Origin: Vicinamibacterales bacterium
GTDB taxonomy: Bacteria; Acidobacteriota; Vicinamibacteria; Vicinamibacterales; UBA2999
Assembly: GCA_965262505.1 (NCBI GenBank)
Contig: CBDHFM010000012.1
Location: forward strand, 37,268-101,267
Reading direction: 5' to 3'
Length of the DNA stretch: 64,000 bases
Made by a program: the position numbers and the translations under genes. Under the pieces are notes generated by a model. That model was not told the DNA's origin. It saw only the letters and a program-made list of their open reading frames with translations, and did no database searches. This document shows positions 17,550 to 28,153 of the stretch, in pieces. The first letter of the stretch is position 1; every line of letters starts with the position of its first letter.

Positions 17550-18640
17550 TGGCCTGGGGCCGTCGGACACCATCGGCGCAGACACCCGCGTGGAACCAGG
17601 ACGACTATCACACAGCGTTTGCCGGGAAGCTCAAAGAGCAGATCGCGCAGGGCGTCGCGCCGTGGCAGAAGCCGTGGACGCCCGGCGAGCGCCGACTCCC
17701 GGAAAACATCCAGACCAAGAAGCCGTACCGGGGCGGGAATTCGGTCTACTTGAGCGTCACCCAAACCGCGAAGGGCTACAGCGATAACCGCTGGGCCACC
17801 TACAAGCAGATCAAGGACATGGGCGGGCAGGTTCGCAAAGGCGAGAAGGCCACCCAGGTGCTCTTTTACAAGTTTGACGACGAGAAGGCGCAGCAGCAGC
17901 CCGGCGCGGCCGACCAGGGCCAGACCCCCGACGGCGCGCAGGAGCGCGAGCGCACCCGCCCGCCGATGGTCCGCTGTTACGCCGTGTTCAACGTCGAACA
18001 AGCGGATGGGTTGACGCTGGAGCGGCGCGACGACGACCGCGACAACGCGCCCGAGTGGAAAGCGCATCAGACCGCCGAGCGCGTCATCCAGGAGAGCGGC
18101 GTCCCCGTGCGCTACGAACGCGGGGACCGAGCGTACTACAACCTCCAGGCCGATCGCGTGACCCTTCCCGAACGTGAGCAGTTTGCCACCGCGAATGGGT
18201 ACTACCAAACCGCGTTGCACGAACTCGGCCATGCCACCGGTCACCCCTCGCGGATGAACCGCGACACGCTCACGACCGGCGTCGGTAATTTCGGCAGCAC
18301 CGAGTATGCCCGCGAAGAACTCCGCGCCGAAATGTCGGCCATGATGACCGGCGAGCGCGTCGGCGTCGGACACGACGGCAGCCGCGGCGCAGCGTACGTC
18401 GCCGGTTGGATCAAGGCACTGGAAGACGATCCGAAGGAAATCTACAAGGCCGCCGCCGACGCGCAAAAAATCTCGGATTACCTGCTGCGCCCGATCCGCG
18501 AGCGCGAAAAAACGACCGAGCAGGAACACGGCGCGCTGGCCGACACATACTCGGCCGCGCGCAGTCCGCAGATCAGCCACGCGCCGACACCGCAGCCCCA
18601 GGCGCCGCAACCCGAGCGGGAGTCAGGCATCAGCCGCTAG
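17549..18640 (+). CDS. ardC: ArdC-like ssDNA-binding / zincin anti-restriction protein
   Basis: PWQKPW, YRGGN, RWATYKQ, VRKGEKA, VFNVEQ, HELGH and YAREELRAE. Confidence 0.88.
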   Translation: MAWGRRTPSAQTPAWNQDDYHTAFAGKLKEQIAQGVAPWQKPWTPGERRLPENIQTKKPYRGGNSVYLSVTQTAKGYSDNRWATYKQIKDMGGQVRKGEKATQVLFYKFDDEKAQQQPGAADQGQTPDGAQERERTRPPMVRCYAVFNVEQADGLTLERRDDDRDNAPEWKAHQTAERVIQESGVPVRYERGDRAYYNLQADRVTLPEREQFATANGYYQTALHELGHATGHPSRMNRDTLTTGVGNFGSTEYAREELRAEMSAMMTGERVGVGHDGSRGAAYVAGWIKALEDDPKEIYKAAADAQKISDYLLRPIREREKTTEQEHGALADTYSAARSPQISHAPTPQPQAPQPERESGISR

Positions 18641-18649
18641 GCGGTCGCT

Positions 18650-19600
18650 ATGTTTGATCGACTGGATCTCTTTCGTGAGGACACCCCGACGCCCCGGCCG
18701 GCGCGCGAGGATACGCCGCGCGAAGACCAGGCGCGACCAGGCACACCGCGCCAGGACCGCCCCGCCCACGAGGACCGGTCCCGCGACGAGCCGCGGGCCG
18801 GCCATCGTCGAGAACACGACGCGCGACAGCCGGCGCGCACCATCGCCGCGCGCAAGCGCGCCGCCACCGCCGACGTGGGGATGTATCGCGCCGTGTCGTA
18901 CACAGACCTGTCCGACAAGCATTTTGACGGCCACCCGTACGCCACCCGGCGGGCGGTCGATCAGATGGTCCGCCGAGGGCTGGTCACGGAACACGACGCG
19001 AAGGGGCCGCAGGGCAACACCTTTACGGTGCTGACCGCCACGCCCGCCGGGGCGCGGTCGGCACAACGGGCCGCGCTGGACGCCGGCCACGCAGCCGGGC
19101 AACAGACGTGGAGCGGCATCGTCAAACCGGCTGAGCTGGCACACGACACGGCGGTCTATCGCGCCGCCGCCGTGGAACAGGCGCGCATCGAGGCCGACGG
19201 CGGACGGGTGACCCGCGTCCGCATCGACGCCGAACTCAAGCAGGTCGTCGCGCGCGCCACCGAGACGGCGCGCGCCCAGGGTGGACGGCGCGCGGCGGAC
19301 GAGGCGCGCCGCACGGCCGCACAGGAGCTCGGGCTCCCGATGCACGAGGACCGCGTGATGTACCCCGACGCGCAGCTCGACATCGAAGATAGCGAGGGGC
19401 GGAGCGGACGCGTGAATGTCGAAATCGCGTCCGAGCATTACCACGCGGCGGCGATCGCGGCGAAGGCCGGCGCCGGATTCGCCATGCACGGCAGCAGCGG
19501 CCGGGCCATGCGGAACATCGCCCGCGCGATTGACCAGAGCGGCGGCAGCGGCGGCGGCGGACCCGCACAGCCCGGCCGAGATGGATCGGTGGAGCTGTAG
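18650..19600 (+). CDS. wHTH plus restriction-fold protein, Replic_Relax/MOBC-like candidate relaxase
   Basis: wHTH-like region followed by LAHD, YPDA and NVEI motifs; lies at the head of the transfer operon. Confidence 0.5.
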   Translation: MFDRLDLFREDTPTPRPAREDTPREDQARPGTPRQDRPAHEDRSRDEPRAGHRREHDARQPARTIAARKRAATADVGMYRAVSYTDLSDKHFDGHPYATRRAVDQMVRRGLVTEHDAKGPQGNTFTVLTATPAGARSAQRAALDAGHAAGQQTWSGIVKPAELAHDTAVYRAAAVEQARIEADGGRVTRVRIDAELKQVVARATETARAQGGRRAADEARRTAAQELGLPMHEDRVMYPDAQLDIEDSEGRSGRVNVEIASEHYHAAAIAAKAGAGFAMHGSSGRAMRNIARAIDQSGGSGGGGPAQPGRDGSVEL

Positions 19601-19921
19601 ATGCAACCCATTACCGTTGCCGTCGGGTTGACCGTCACGATCCTGGCGCTCACCGCGTTGCTCGTCGGCCCACACGTCGCGTACCTCGCCCCGTACACCC
19701 GCGTCCTGGTCACCGCGTCCTGGCCGATCCTCACCGTGTACAGCACGCTCGCCGTGGTGACCCTCATCGTGGCGATCTACGCCACCGCCCGCACGTTGGG
19801 CCTCGCCGACCTTGGGCGCAAAGTGGATCTCGTGGAACGGTCGATCCGGCGCGGCGCGGGCGGCGATCCGGAGCTGGCCGAGCAGATGCAGCACCAGGAC
19901 CGTGGAGAGTTTGACGCATGA
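19601..19921 (+). CDS. Small two-TM membrane protein in the transfer operon
   Basis: Abuts the previous gene; two hydrophobic segments. Confidence 0.6.
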   Translation: MQPITVAVGLTVTILALTALLVGPHVAYLAPYTRVLVTASWPILTVYSTLAVVTLIVAIYATARTLGLADLGRKVDLVERSIRRGAGGDPELAEQMQHQDRGEFDA

Positions 19922-20004
19922 CGCACGGGCCCGAGCACGTCACGGGACGCGGCTCGAGCACCGTGCGTGAGCCCGCGCCCACGCACCACCAGAAGGAGGA
20001 CACC

Positions 20005-20301
20005 ATGCACCCGCACCGCTCACACTGGTTCACCGCCCTCGCGGTTCTGTTCGCCGTGGGGCTTGTCGCCGAGGTTCCCGTGTTCGCCCAGGGCGTGAGC
20101 CCGTGGCTAAACGCCGTGGACGTGCTGCAGCAAGCCTTCACCGGCCCCCTCGCGCGGGGCCTGTCGCTGATTGCGATCGTCATCGGCGGGCTGATGTTCG
20201 CCTTTGGTGAAGGCGGCAGCAAGAAGGCGCTCGCCGGGATCATCTTCGGCTTGGGGATGGCGATGGGCGCGGCGAACTTCCTGACGTGGTTGTTTTCATG
20301 A
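20005..20301 (+). CDS. virB2: VirB2/TrbC pilin
   Basis: AAGGAGG RBS; signal peptide, SPW, TGPLARGLSL and FAFGEG. Confidence 0.85.
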   Translation: MHPHRSHWFTALAVLFAVGLVAEVPVFAQGVSPWLNAVDVLQQAFTGPLARGLSLIAIVIGGLMFAFGEGGSKKALAGIIFGLGMAMGAANFLTWLFS

Positions 20302-20627
20302 CCATCGGCCACGGCGCGCGCGCGTGGGTCGCGTACCCGGCGCTGTCGGCCCCCCTCACGATGATGGGGGTCGAACGGCGCTGGTTTCTCTTGTCCGCGA
20401 CGATCGGCATGGCGATGTGGAACGCCATCAACAGCATCCTGATCGGCGCGGCGACCTTTTGCCTCCTGTACGGCGTGGGCTGGTGGGCCTGGCGGACGGA
20501 CCCGCACATGCTCACCATCCTGCGTGAGTCCGTCCGGTTCAAAACCCGGTACGACCCGGCGAAGTGGGCCGAGTCGCCGTGGTACATCCTCATCACCCAG
20601 GCCCGCCGGCAGAGCCGATCCTCATGA
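20298..20627 (+). CDS. virB3: VirB3/TrbD
   Basis: PLTMMGVER, two TMs, DP motif; ATGA overlaps at both ends. Confidence 0.8.
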   Translation: MTIGHGARAWVAYPALSAPLTMMGVERRWFLLSATIGMAMWNAINSILIGAATFCLLYGVGWWAWRTDPHMLTILRESVRFKTRYDPAKWAESPWYILITQARRQSRSS

Positions 20628-23056
20628 CCACCACCGATCGAGACGTCGCCGACCACCACGCCGCCGGCGCGCTGGCCGACGAGCTGCCGTATTGGGGCTG
20701 GCTCCCCGACGACCGGACGTGTCTCACCCGGCGCGGCGAGCTGGTGACGCTCGCCCGCCTGTCGCCGACCGTCGTCGACGGGCACACCCCCGAGCAGCTG
20801 GACGCCGTGCTCAATCGCTGGCAACGGATGCTCTCAGGCATCGACTCCCGGACCCGGCTGTACTTCTACCTGCTCCGCCGGCCAGCGACCTTCCCCGACG
20901 CGGACACCGGCCTCTCGGCCGTCGCCGACCTCGGGCAACGGAAGCGGCGCGCGTTCCTCGCGTCGCGCATCCAACAGATCGACACATACCTCGCATGGTG
21001 CTACGACCCGAAACTCTCGACGGCCGCAGCCGGCCAGCACAACGCGCCGTGGTGGAAGCACTACGTCCACACGTGGATGACGCGGCGGCGGAATCAGAAC
21101 GAGGCGATCTACTTCCGCGAGCAGATCGAGGACGCGACCGCGCGCTTTCGGCAACAGGTCGATGCCAGCCGGACGCTCGTCGCCGATCTGACGCCCCTCG
21201 ACATCCTCACGGCACACGAAGGCTCCCGCGTCCTCGCCGAGCTGGTGAACAAGCCCGGCCGCGCGCCGTGGGATGGGGCGACCGGCAGCGGGATGAACTG
21301 GCGACTGGCGACCAGTGAACTCGAAGCCGAACGCCGGCATCTTCGACTGGACGGCGAGCCCGTGATTCTCTATACGCTTCTGTCCCCGCCGGCCAGAGCC
21401 ACGGCGAATCTCCTCAATGACCTGTACCGCCTCGACAGCGTGATGACCGTCACGCTCGAATGGCGCCCGTGGGATCTGGACGCGGCGCGCCGCAAGATCC
21501 GCGGCGCACAGCGCCACTACTTTTCCAAGCGGTACTCGATGATGTCCCACGTCCAGGAAACCGAAGGCACGGCCAGCGCGATGGTGGACAGCGCGGCCGA
21601 CGTGGAATCCGGTCGCTTGGGGGATGCGCTCGTGGAGCTGGAAACCGAGGGCGTGGCCTACGGCGATCTCGCGCTCACCATTGCCCTGCACGGCGACCTG
21701 GAGCAGACCGAACGCCTCGACGGTGACGTGCTCCGCATCTTCGCGGCGCACGACGCGAAGGCCATCCGCGAGGGCTACGGCCAGCTCCCCGCGTGGTTTT
21801 GCCGCCTGCCGGCGCAGCCGCGCAAGCGGCAGGTCCGATCCGTGTTTGTCTCCGCGGGCGCGGCGGCGTGCCTGGCGCCCATCTACGGCCCGCCTGTCGG
21901 CGCGGCGCGCAGCCGGCATCTGGACCGGGCGGCGCTCGCCATCCTCGAAACGCAATGGCAGACGCCGTTTCACTACGACCTGTTTCACGGCGACGTCGGC
22001 CACACGCTGGTCCTCGGGGCAACCGGCACGGGGAAGAGTTTCACGCTCAATTTTTTACTCGTCCAGGCCCTGCAGTACAACCCGCGCGTGCTCATCCTCG
22101 ACCTCGGGGGCTCGTACCGCTGGATCACCCGGTTCCTCGGGGGCGGCTACCTGGAGCTGTCCCCCGACGACGCGACCGGGCACGGCGGTTTCCGGTTGCG
22201 CCCGTTCGCGCTCCCGCCCGCCGAGCGGACCTTGCAATTCCTCACCGGCTGGATCATGCGCTTACTCAGGATCGGCGGCTGGACCGTCACGGGCGCCGAC
22301 CCGTCCGAAATCCGCGCCCGCATTGAAGATCTCTACGCCTTTCCGCCGGCGCGCCGGACGATGACCGTCTTTGTCCACTCCTTGCCGGCCGCCATGTGGC
22401 CAGCGATGGGCCGATGGTACGGCACTGGCGCGTGGGGCCGGTACTTCGACAACCCGGCCGACGGGGACGATCTCGACCTGGCCGACTGGCAGGTGATCGA
22501 CCTCGCGGGCGCCGCCGAGCATGAGGATTTGTGCGAGGCCGCACTGTTCTATCTCCTGGAACGCCTCCGGCTCACGCTTGAGAACCCTGACGAAACCGCC
22601 CGGGTGAAATTGATGGTGGTCGATGAAGCCTGGCGCTACTTGCGCGACCCGGCCGTCCTCGCGTACCTCGCGGAAGCCGCCAAGACGTGGCGGAAGAAAA
22701 ACGCGGCGCTCATCATGGCGACCCAAAGCGCCGTCGACGTGACCGGCACGGTCGGCGCTGAGGCGCTCCTGGAATCCATGCCCACCAAGCTCTTTCTCGC
22801 CAACCCCGAGCTGCCCGAGAAGGCGGCTGACCTCTTTCGATTGAACCCGTCCGAAGTCGAGATCATCCGAGGGCTCGTCAGTAAACAAGAACTCTATGTA
22901 CGACGCCCGAACATGGCCGCGACCGTGCGGCTTGAAGTCGATCCCGAATCGTACTGGCTGTACACATCATCGGCGCGCGACAGTGCCCGCCGCGCCGAGG
23001 CCGTCAAACAGCACGGCCTCGAGGGGGCGCTCGCCCACCTCGCCGCCGGCCGCTGA
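20624..23056 (+). CDS. virB4: VirB4 ATPase
   Basis: GHTLVLGATGTGKS, VDEAW, RKKN and ATQS. Confidence 0.92.
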   Translation: MTTTDRDVADHHAAGALADELPYWGWLPDDRTCLTRRGELVTLARLSPTVVDGHTPEQLDAVLNRWQRMLSGIDSRTRLYFYLLRRPATFPDADTGLSAVADLGQRKRRAFLASRIQQIDTYLAWCYDPKLSTAAAGQHNAPWWKHYVHTWMTRRRNQNEAIYFREQIEDATARFRQQVDASRTLVADLTPLDILTAHEGSRVLAELVNKPGRAPWDGATGSGMNWRLATSELEAERRHLRLDGEPVILYTLLSPPARATANLLNDLYRLDSVMTVTLEWRPWDLDAARRKIRGAQRHYFSKRYSMMSHVQETEGTASAMVDSAADVESGRLGDALVELETEGVAYGDLALTIALHGDLEQTERLDGDVLRIFAAHDAKAIREGYGQLPAWFCRLPAQPRKRQVRSVFVSAGAAACLAPIYGPPVGAARSRHLDRAALAILETQWQTPFHYDLFHGDVGHTLVLGATGTGKSFTLNFLLVQALQYNPRVLILDLGGSYRWITRFLGGGYLELSPDDATGHGGFRLRPFALPPAERTLQFLTGWIMRLLRIGGWTVTGADPSEIRARIEDLYAFPPARRTMTVFVHSLPAAMWPAMGRWYGTGAWGRYFDNPADGDDLDLADWQVIDLAGAAEHEDLCEAALFYLLERLRLTLENPDETARVKLMVVDEAWRYLRDPAVLAYLAEAAKTWRKKNAALIMATQSAVDVTGTVGAEALLESMPTKLFLANPELPEKAADLFRLNPSEVEIIRGLVSKQELYVRRPNMAATVRLEVDPESYWLYTSSARDSARRAEAVKQHGLEGALAHLAAGR

Positions 23057-23074
23057 GAACAGGAGAGAGAACCT

Positions 23075-23917
23075 ATGACCATCCGCCGAATCGTCGCCCG
23101 TGTCTCGATGATCTGCCTCATCCCGGCGCTCGCCCTGGCGCAAGACACGCCCGCCGGCGCGTCCGTCCTGCAGGTACACGACGCGCCAGATCAGATCATC
23201 CACGTCAATACCCGCATCCGTCACACGACCGTGATCCAACTGCCGCCACGCGAGAACATTCTCGATTTCATTGTGGGCGACTCTGAATACTGGCACCTGT
23301 CCGGCGCCGCGAATCTCGCTTTCCTGAAACCGATCGGCGAAGGCGTCAACACCAACGTCGCGCTTGTCTGCGAGAGCGGCCGGATCTATTCGTTCCTTGT
23401 GGTCGAACGAGACGCCCCGCCGCATTTAATTGTCCGCGTCGGAGCCGACCCCACCACCACGACGCCGGCCGGCGCGCCGATCCCCGCGTTCGTCGCGCGG
23501 TCGCGCGTGGCCGAGTACCAGCTCATGGCCGAGGAAAGCCGCGCGGCCGTCCACGCGGCGCAGATCGACGCCGAGACGCAGATCGCCGCGATGCGCCAGA
23601 ACGCGACCGCGCAGATCAACGAGTTTCGTTCGAGCTATCCCACGCGCTTGGAGTTTCCCTATCGACTAGACGACAAGGCCGCGCGCTGGCCGTTCCTCGT
23701 ACAAGGCATGTGGCATGACGGCCAATTTACGTACGTCCGCTCGACGGCCCAGGAGACGCCCGCGCTCTACGAGAACCGCGACGGCGATCCGTCGCTCATC
23801 CCCTACGACCTCCAGCAAGACGGCCTGTTTATCGTGCGCCGGCTTATCGGGTCCGGCTGGCTGCAAATCGGCCGCGACCGCGCCGGATGGAAGATCGACC
23901 TAGACGACTTGGAATGA
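23075..23917 (+). CDS. virB9: VirB9/TrbG
   Basis: Signal peptide; GDSEYW, FLKP, TN, GRIYSF, HDGQFTY and PALY. Confidence 0.85.
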   Translation: MTIRRIVARVSMICLIPALALAQDTPAGASVLQVHDAPDQIIHVNTRIRHTTVIQLPPRENILDFIVGDSEYWHLSGAANLAFLKPIGEGVNTNVALVCESGRIYSFLVVERDAPPHLIVRVGADPTTTTPAGAPIPAFVARSRVAEYQLMAEESRAAVHAAQIDAETQIAAMRQNATAQINEFRSSYPTRLEFPYRLDDKAARWPFLVQGMWHDGQFTYVRSTAQETPALYENRDGDPSLIPYDLQQDGLFIVRRLIGSGWLQIGRDRAGWKIDLDDLE

Positions 23918-23921
23918 CCCT

Positions 23922-25256
23922 ATGCCCAACTGGACCCGACTGAGCGCCCCGGCTGCGGGCGCATTTTCAGCATCGTGGATCACCCGGATCGGGGCACTTC
24001 TCTTGGCCGTGGTTCTCGGCGGCGCGTTCCTGATGCAATCGTGTTTTTCGTCGGTCCCCACCGACCCCGAATCACTCATTGAGCCCGAGGGGATCGCCGG
24101 CGATCGCGCCGAGCTGGAACTCGGCCAGCGGGTACAGGACATCGAGCAACGCGCGGCGCTGGACGCCGCCGCCGCCGCGCGAACCCTTGCCGTCGAGGGC
24201 ACGCAACTGACCGGCGGGCACGTGACGCCCGCCTTTGACCCGACGACCGGCGAGACGTTGCCCGATGGCACCGCGCCCGGCATCGTCCCGCGAACCGAGG
24301 ACGAGGCGCAGCTCCGCGAACTCCTACGCCTTGAAGCTATCGAACGGCGTACCCGGTCGCTTCGCTCCCAGCCCGTGGTCATCACCTACCGACTCCCCGG
24401 CGGGCTCCCACCGGCAGCGGCGGCGACCGCCGCGGCCGAGCCCGCCCAGGCCGGCGGGCCGACCGCTACCCCCGCGAGCAGCGCCGACGTGGCGCAGCCC
24501 GTGAGCTTGGCTGAAACCGTCGCCGCCCTGGCCGCGCTCGATGTAGAGCAGACCGCCGGCTTGGACCCGACTTCAATGCTCCCGATCGGCCTACAACAGA
24601 TCCCCCCGCCGGACCCGTCCGGCTTGGGCGCACTCCCCGGCGCGGCCGTCGCGCAGGGCGACCCGTCGAACCCCGCCATCGTGCAGACTCCCAACGACCC
24701 GCCCGGATGGGATCGACTCTACGAGGGCTCGTTTATCGAGGGCGTACTCGTGACCCAGCTCAACGGCGACTTTCCCAGCCCGGTCCTTGCGGCTGTGTCC
24801 GTCCCGTTCTACTCGGCCGACCGCCAGCGGATTGTGATCCCGCGCGGCGCGCGGGTGGTCGGATCCGCGTCGGCCACCGTCGGCCAGGATCAAGAACGGC
24901 TCGCCGTCGGGTTTCACCGGCTCATCTTCCCCGATGGTCGATGGGTGTCGCTTGAGTTTCGCGGGCTGAATCAGGTCGGCGAGGGCGCACTCAAAGACCG
25001 CGTGAACCGCCATTACTTGTCGATGTTCGCGGCCGTCGGCGCGGTCGGCATCATCAGCGGCTTGACGTTGCGCGGATCGGACCCGTACGCGGGCGGGCGT
25101 CAGGGGTTCCAGGCGGGCGCAGGGCAAGGGCTCGCCCAGGGCGCGACGAGCATCCTCGACCGTTTCCTCAACCGATTGCCGACCATCACGATCCGCGCCG
25201 GCCACCGGCTACGGATCTGGCTGACGTCTGATGTGCTTGTGCCCCGTTCGATCTGA
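23922..25256 (+). CDS. virB10: VirB10/TrbI
   Basis: TM, Pro/Ala-rich linker, IPRGARVVG, RLIFPDG, VNRH and PTITIRAG. Confidence 0.88.
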   Translation: MPNWTRLSAPAAGAFSASWITRIGALLLAVVLGGAFLMQSCFSSVPTDPESLIEPEGIAGDRAELELGQRVQDIEQRAALDAAAAARTLAVEGTQLTGGHVTPAFDPTTGETLPDGTAPGIVPRTEDEAQLRELLRLEAIERRTRSLRSQPVVITYRLPGGLPPAAAATAAAEPAQAGGPTATPASSADVAQPVSLAETVAALAALDVEQTAGLDPTSMLPIGLQQIPPPDPSGLGALPGAAVAQGDPSNPAIVQTPNDPPGWDRLYEGSFIEGVLVTQLNGDFPSPVLAAVSVPFYSADRQRIVIPRGARVVGSASATVGQDQERLAVGFHRLIFPDGRWVSLEFRGLNQVGEGALKDRVNRHYLSMFAAVGAVGIISGLTLRGSDPYAGGRQGFQAGAGQGLAQGATSILDRFLNRLPTITIRAGHRLRIWLTSDVLVPRSI

Positions 25257-25380
25257 CAGGACCGGGACGGCGGAACCCGCCGGCCCATCACTGCCCCGGA
25301 CCGCGAAGGCTATCCGGGCTTTTTGACGCGGCTCGAGAATGTGTCTTGAGCCCGCGCCCACGGAGAGAAGGAGTCTACCG

Positions 25381-26274
25381 ATGAAACGCACGATCCTTTG
25401 GACCCTCGTACTATTCGCGCCCCTCCTGTGGACGACCACCGCACACGCGCTGTTCGGCGTCCCCGACTTCGCGGCGCTCGCGCAGCGCGTGACGATCATC
25501 GCGAATCAGGGCGTCCAAATAGCGCACAGCGTGACGCAAATCTCGAAAATCACCGAGCAGATGACCGAGATCAAGAACCAGTACGCACACCTGAAAAACG
25601 AAGCGCTCGGGCACGTCGGCGCGCTCACCGATCCCTTTGTGACGCTGGCCGCAGTGCCCGGTACGTATGTCTCTGACGGGCTTGCGTGGCGCACCGCCTA
25701 CACCGGCACCACCACCGCCGGCCTGATCGATGCGTTCGAGCTGTTCAGCGCCAGCGGTACGCCGATGACCGATTACTGGCAGACTCGGCTGGACGCTGCG
25801 CCCGACACGACCGAGGCGGACGTACTCGCCGAATACCACGCGTTCCCCGTGTCGCTCGCCGACCGTGCGGCAGCGAACTACCGCCGGCACCGCGACCACG
25901 GCGAACAGCGCACCGCGCAGAGTCAGATCGTCAACACCGCCGCGTCGTCCGCGACCGCGACTGTTCAATCAGCGCGGCTGTCGTACGCCGCGTTGCGCGG
26001 GCAAACCAACCAATCAGGCACGGCGCTCCAACAGGCCCAGGTCACAGGCACCATTACCGCCGGCGAAGTGTCCGCCGCCGTTCTACAACTTCACGCGCAC
26101 GAGGCGGCACGCCGCGCCGCCGAAGAACTTGAAGCCGAGGAACGACGCCGCGAACGCGAGGCGACACGCCTTGACGCCCTACGCGCGGGCCACGCCGATC
26201 ACAACCTGCGCCGGGGCGGTATCGAGCAGAGCCGCAACGGCGGCGACTCTCTCTTGTTTAGCCTTGTGCAATAG
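25381..26274 (+). CDS. VirB5/TrbJ-like protein
   Basis: Signal peptide, Gln-rich helical N-terminus; position before virB6. Confidence 0.6.
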   Translation: MKRTILWTLVLFAPLLWTTTAHALFGVPDFAALAQRVTIIANQGVQIAHSVTQISKITEQMTEIKNQYAHLKNEALGHVGALTDPFVTLAAVPGTYVSDGLAWRTAYTGTTTAGLIDAFELFSASGTPMTDYWQTRLDAAPDTTEADVLAEYHAFPVSLADRAAANYRRHRDHGEQRTAQSQIVNTAASSATATVQSARLSYAALRGQTNQSGTALQQAQVTGTITAGEVSAAVLQLHAHEAARRAAEELEAEERRREREATRLDALRAGHADHNLRRGGIEQSRNGGDSLLFSLVQ

Positions 26275-26285
26275 CCGGGTGTTCC

Positions 26286-27491
26286 ATGCCCGCCGCACCG
26301 CAACGAACGACTCCGCAGCGACCCTCTCACCGCGCGCCGCGCGCCGAGAGGGCCGCTGCTACTGGCGTGGTGGTACACGCCCTGCACGGGCGGCCGCCGG
26401 CCTCACGGGCGCACGCCTGGCGTGCCGCGAGGCGCGCGGCGTACGTCGCGCTCGTCGCGCTCATCGTGTGCGCGACGCCCGTCCTGGCGCAGCCGCCCCC
26501 ACGACAGCAGATCGATCCCCTCGTCCCCACCAACATTCCCGTTGCAGATCAACACGACTTCAAAGGCTTTCTCGATCAGGTTATGGAGGAGATTCAGCGG
26601 ACGAACGGGCCGGTCGTTCTCGCGGCCGGCAACACGCTGTGGCGAGGACTCGCGGCGATCGTCGTCGTCTGGACCGGCGTGAAAATCGCCATGTCCGGTA
26701 CGTTCTCGATGTGGGCCATCATCGAGCTCATTATCGGGCTCTGGATCCCGTGGGTCATGCTCTTGTTTTACGCGACGAACATCCCCGGTATGACCTTCAC
26801 GTTCCCCGGCATGATCGCCGGCGGCGGTAACTGGCTCCACTCGTTTTTTCTGTCCGACATCGTGCCCGCCGTGCAGATCGAACTCGGGAATCTCGTCACC
26901 ACGCAGACCACCGCCCTGTCCGATGCGTGGGCCGGGACATCCTGGTTTGACCTGACGACCGCCTTTGGCGACGCGATGAGTACGCTCCTCATCGGCACCA
27001 CCATGAGCGGGTTTATTTTTCTGTGTCTGGTGATCATCTACGCCGTCACGTACGCCCAGGTGATCTGGGCGCAGATGGCGATCATGATCCTGGTCTTCGT
27101 CGGCCCGATGATGATCCCCTGGCTCGTCTTTGAGCCGATGGCGTTTCTGTTTTGGGGCTGGTTCCGGTCGATGATCACGTTCGCGCTCTACGGCGCGATC
27201 GCGGGCGCGGTCATGCGCGTGTTTATGAGCGTGTCCCTCGGATTTTTGACCACGTTTCTCGATCAAGCCAACGTCGAGAATCCGTTGCAGATGGTGAGCT
27301 GGTTGCTCATTCTGTTGCCGTTGATGGTGGCCGGCGTGATGGCCTCACTGAAAGTCGGCGAGCTGGCCGGGATGCTCGTGAGCGGCGGCGGCGGCGGCGG
27401 CGCGGGGATGACAGGCGCGCTCATGATGGCCGCGACCGGCGGCAAGGCGGCGCTCGCCGGCAAGGCCGTCGGCGCGGCAGGAGCGAAATAA
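26286..27491 (+). CDS. virB6: VirB6/TrbL
   Basis: Polytopic membrane protein with GP motif and Gly/Ala-rich tail; true start uncertain. Confidence 0.8.
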   Translation: MPAAPQRTTPQRPSHRAPRAERAAATGVVVHALHGRPPASRAHAWRAARRAAYVALVALIVCATPVLAQPPPRQQIDPLVPTNIPVADQHDFKGFLDQVMEEIQRTNGPVVLAAGNTLWRGLAAIVVVWTGVKIAMSGTFSMWAIIELIIGLWIPWVMLLFYATNIPGMTFTFPGMIAGGGNWLHSFFLSDIVPAVQIELGNLVTTQTTALSDAWAGTSWFDLTTAFGDAMSTLLIGTTMSGFIFLCLVIIYAVTYAQVIWAQMAIMILVFVGPMMIPWLVFEPMAFLFWGWFRSMITFALYGAIAGAVMRVFMSVSLGFLTTFLDQANVENPLQMVSWLLILLPLMVAGVMASLKVGELAGMLVSGGGGGGAGMTGALMMAATGGKAALAGKAVGAAGAK

Positions 27492-28153
27492 TGCCACAGA
27501 CCGAGCAGGACAGCGGGAAGACGTACGCCGATATTTGGGGCGAAGCCGTGCACAGCAACCGGCACTTGCGGGTCCTCTCGATGGCGCTCGCCGGGCTGGT
27601 GCTGTTGCTCGTGGTGATCATCGTTCGGCTGTCGTCGGTCGAGCTGCCCAAGCCGATTGTCGTGCGCGTTGATGACGTGGGCCGCGCCGAGGCGCTCGCG
27701 TATGACACGGTTGAAGCCCAGGCCGATCCACTGGACCCGACGACCAAGTATTTCCTTAACAGATTCATTGACGACTATTACAGCCGGCGCGGGGCCACGG
27801 TCGAGCAGGCATGGCCGCGCGCGCTCCGCTTTCTGACGACCACGCTCGCCAATGAAGCGTTCCGACGTGAGGGCGAGAACGTCGCCATGCTTGCGGCCGG
27901 CGCCGCCCGCGACGAGCTGCAAGTGGAGCGGGTGACGCTGCGGATTCAGGCGAGCCCGGAACCCCCGCACGCGGCGGCGGCGGACTTCGATCTTGTGCGG
28001 CTTGTCGGCGGCGCGGAAGTGGGCCGCGACCGCTGGACGCTCTCACTTCAATTCACGTTTATTGAGACGGTCGAGCCCGAGCTGATGATCGTCAATCCAA
28101 TGGGCATCCTCATCACCTATCTACGCGGCGATCGCGCGCTGGTGACAGGATGA
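27491..28153 (+). CDS. virB8: VirB8/TrbF
   Basis: Single TM, PIVVRVDDVG and terminal NPMGILIT. Confidence 0.85.
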   Translation: MPQTEQDSGKTYADIWGEAVHSNRHLRVLSMALAGLVLLLVVIIVRLSSVELPKPIVVRVDDVGRAEALAYDTVEAQADPLDPTTKYFLNRFIDDYYSRRGATVEQAWPRALRFLTTTLANEAFRREGENVAMLAAGAARDELQVERVTLRIQASPEPPHAAAADFDLVRLVGGAEVGRDRWTLSLQFTFIETVEPELMIVNPMGILITYLRGDRALVTG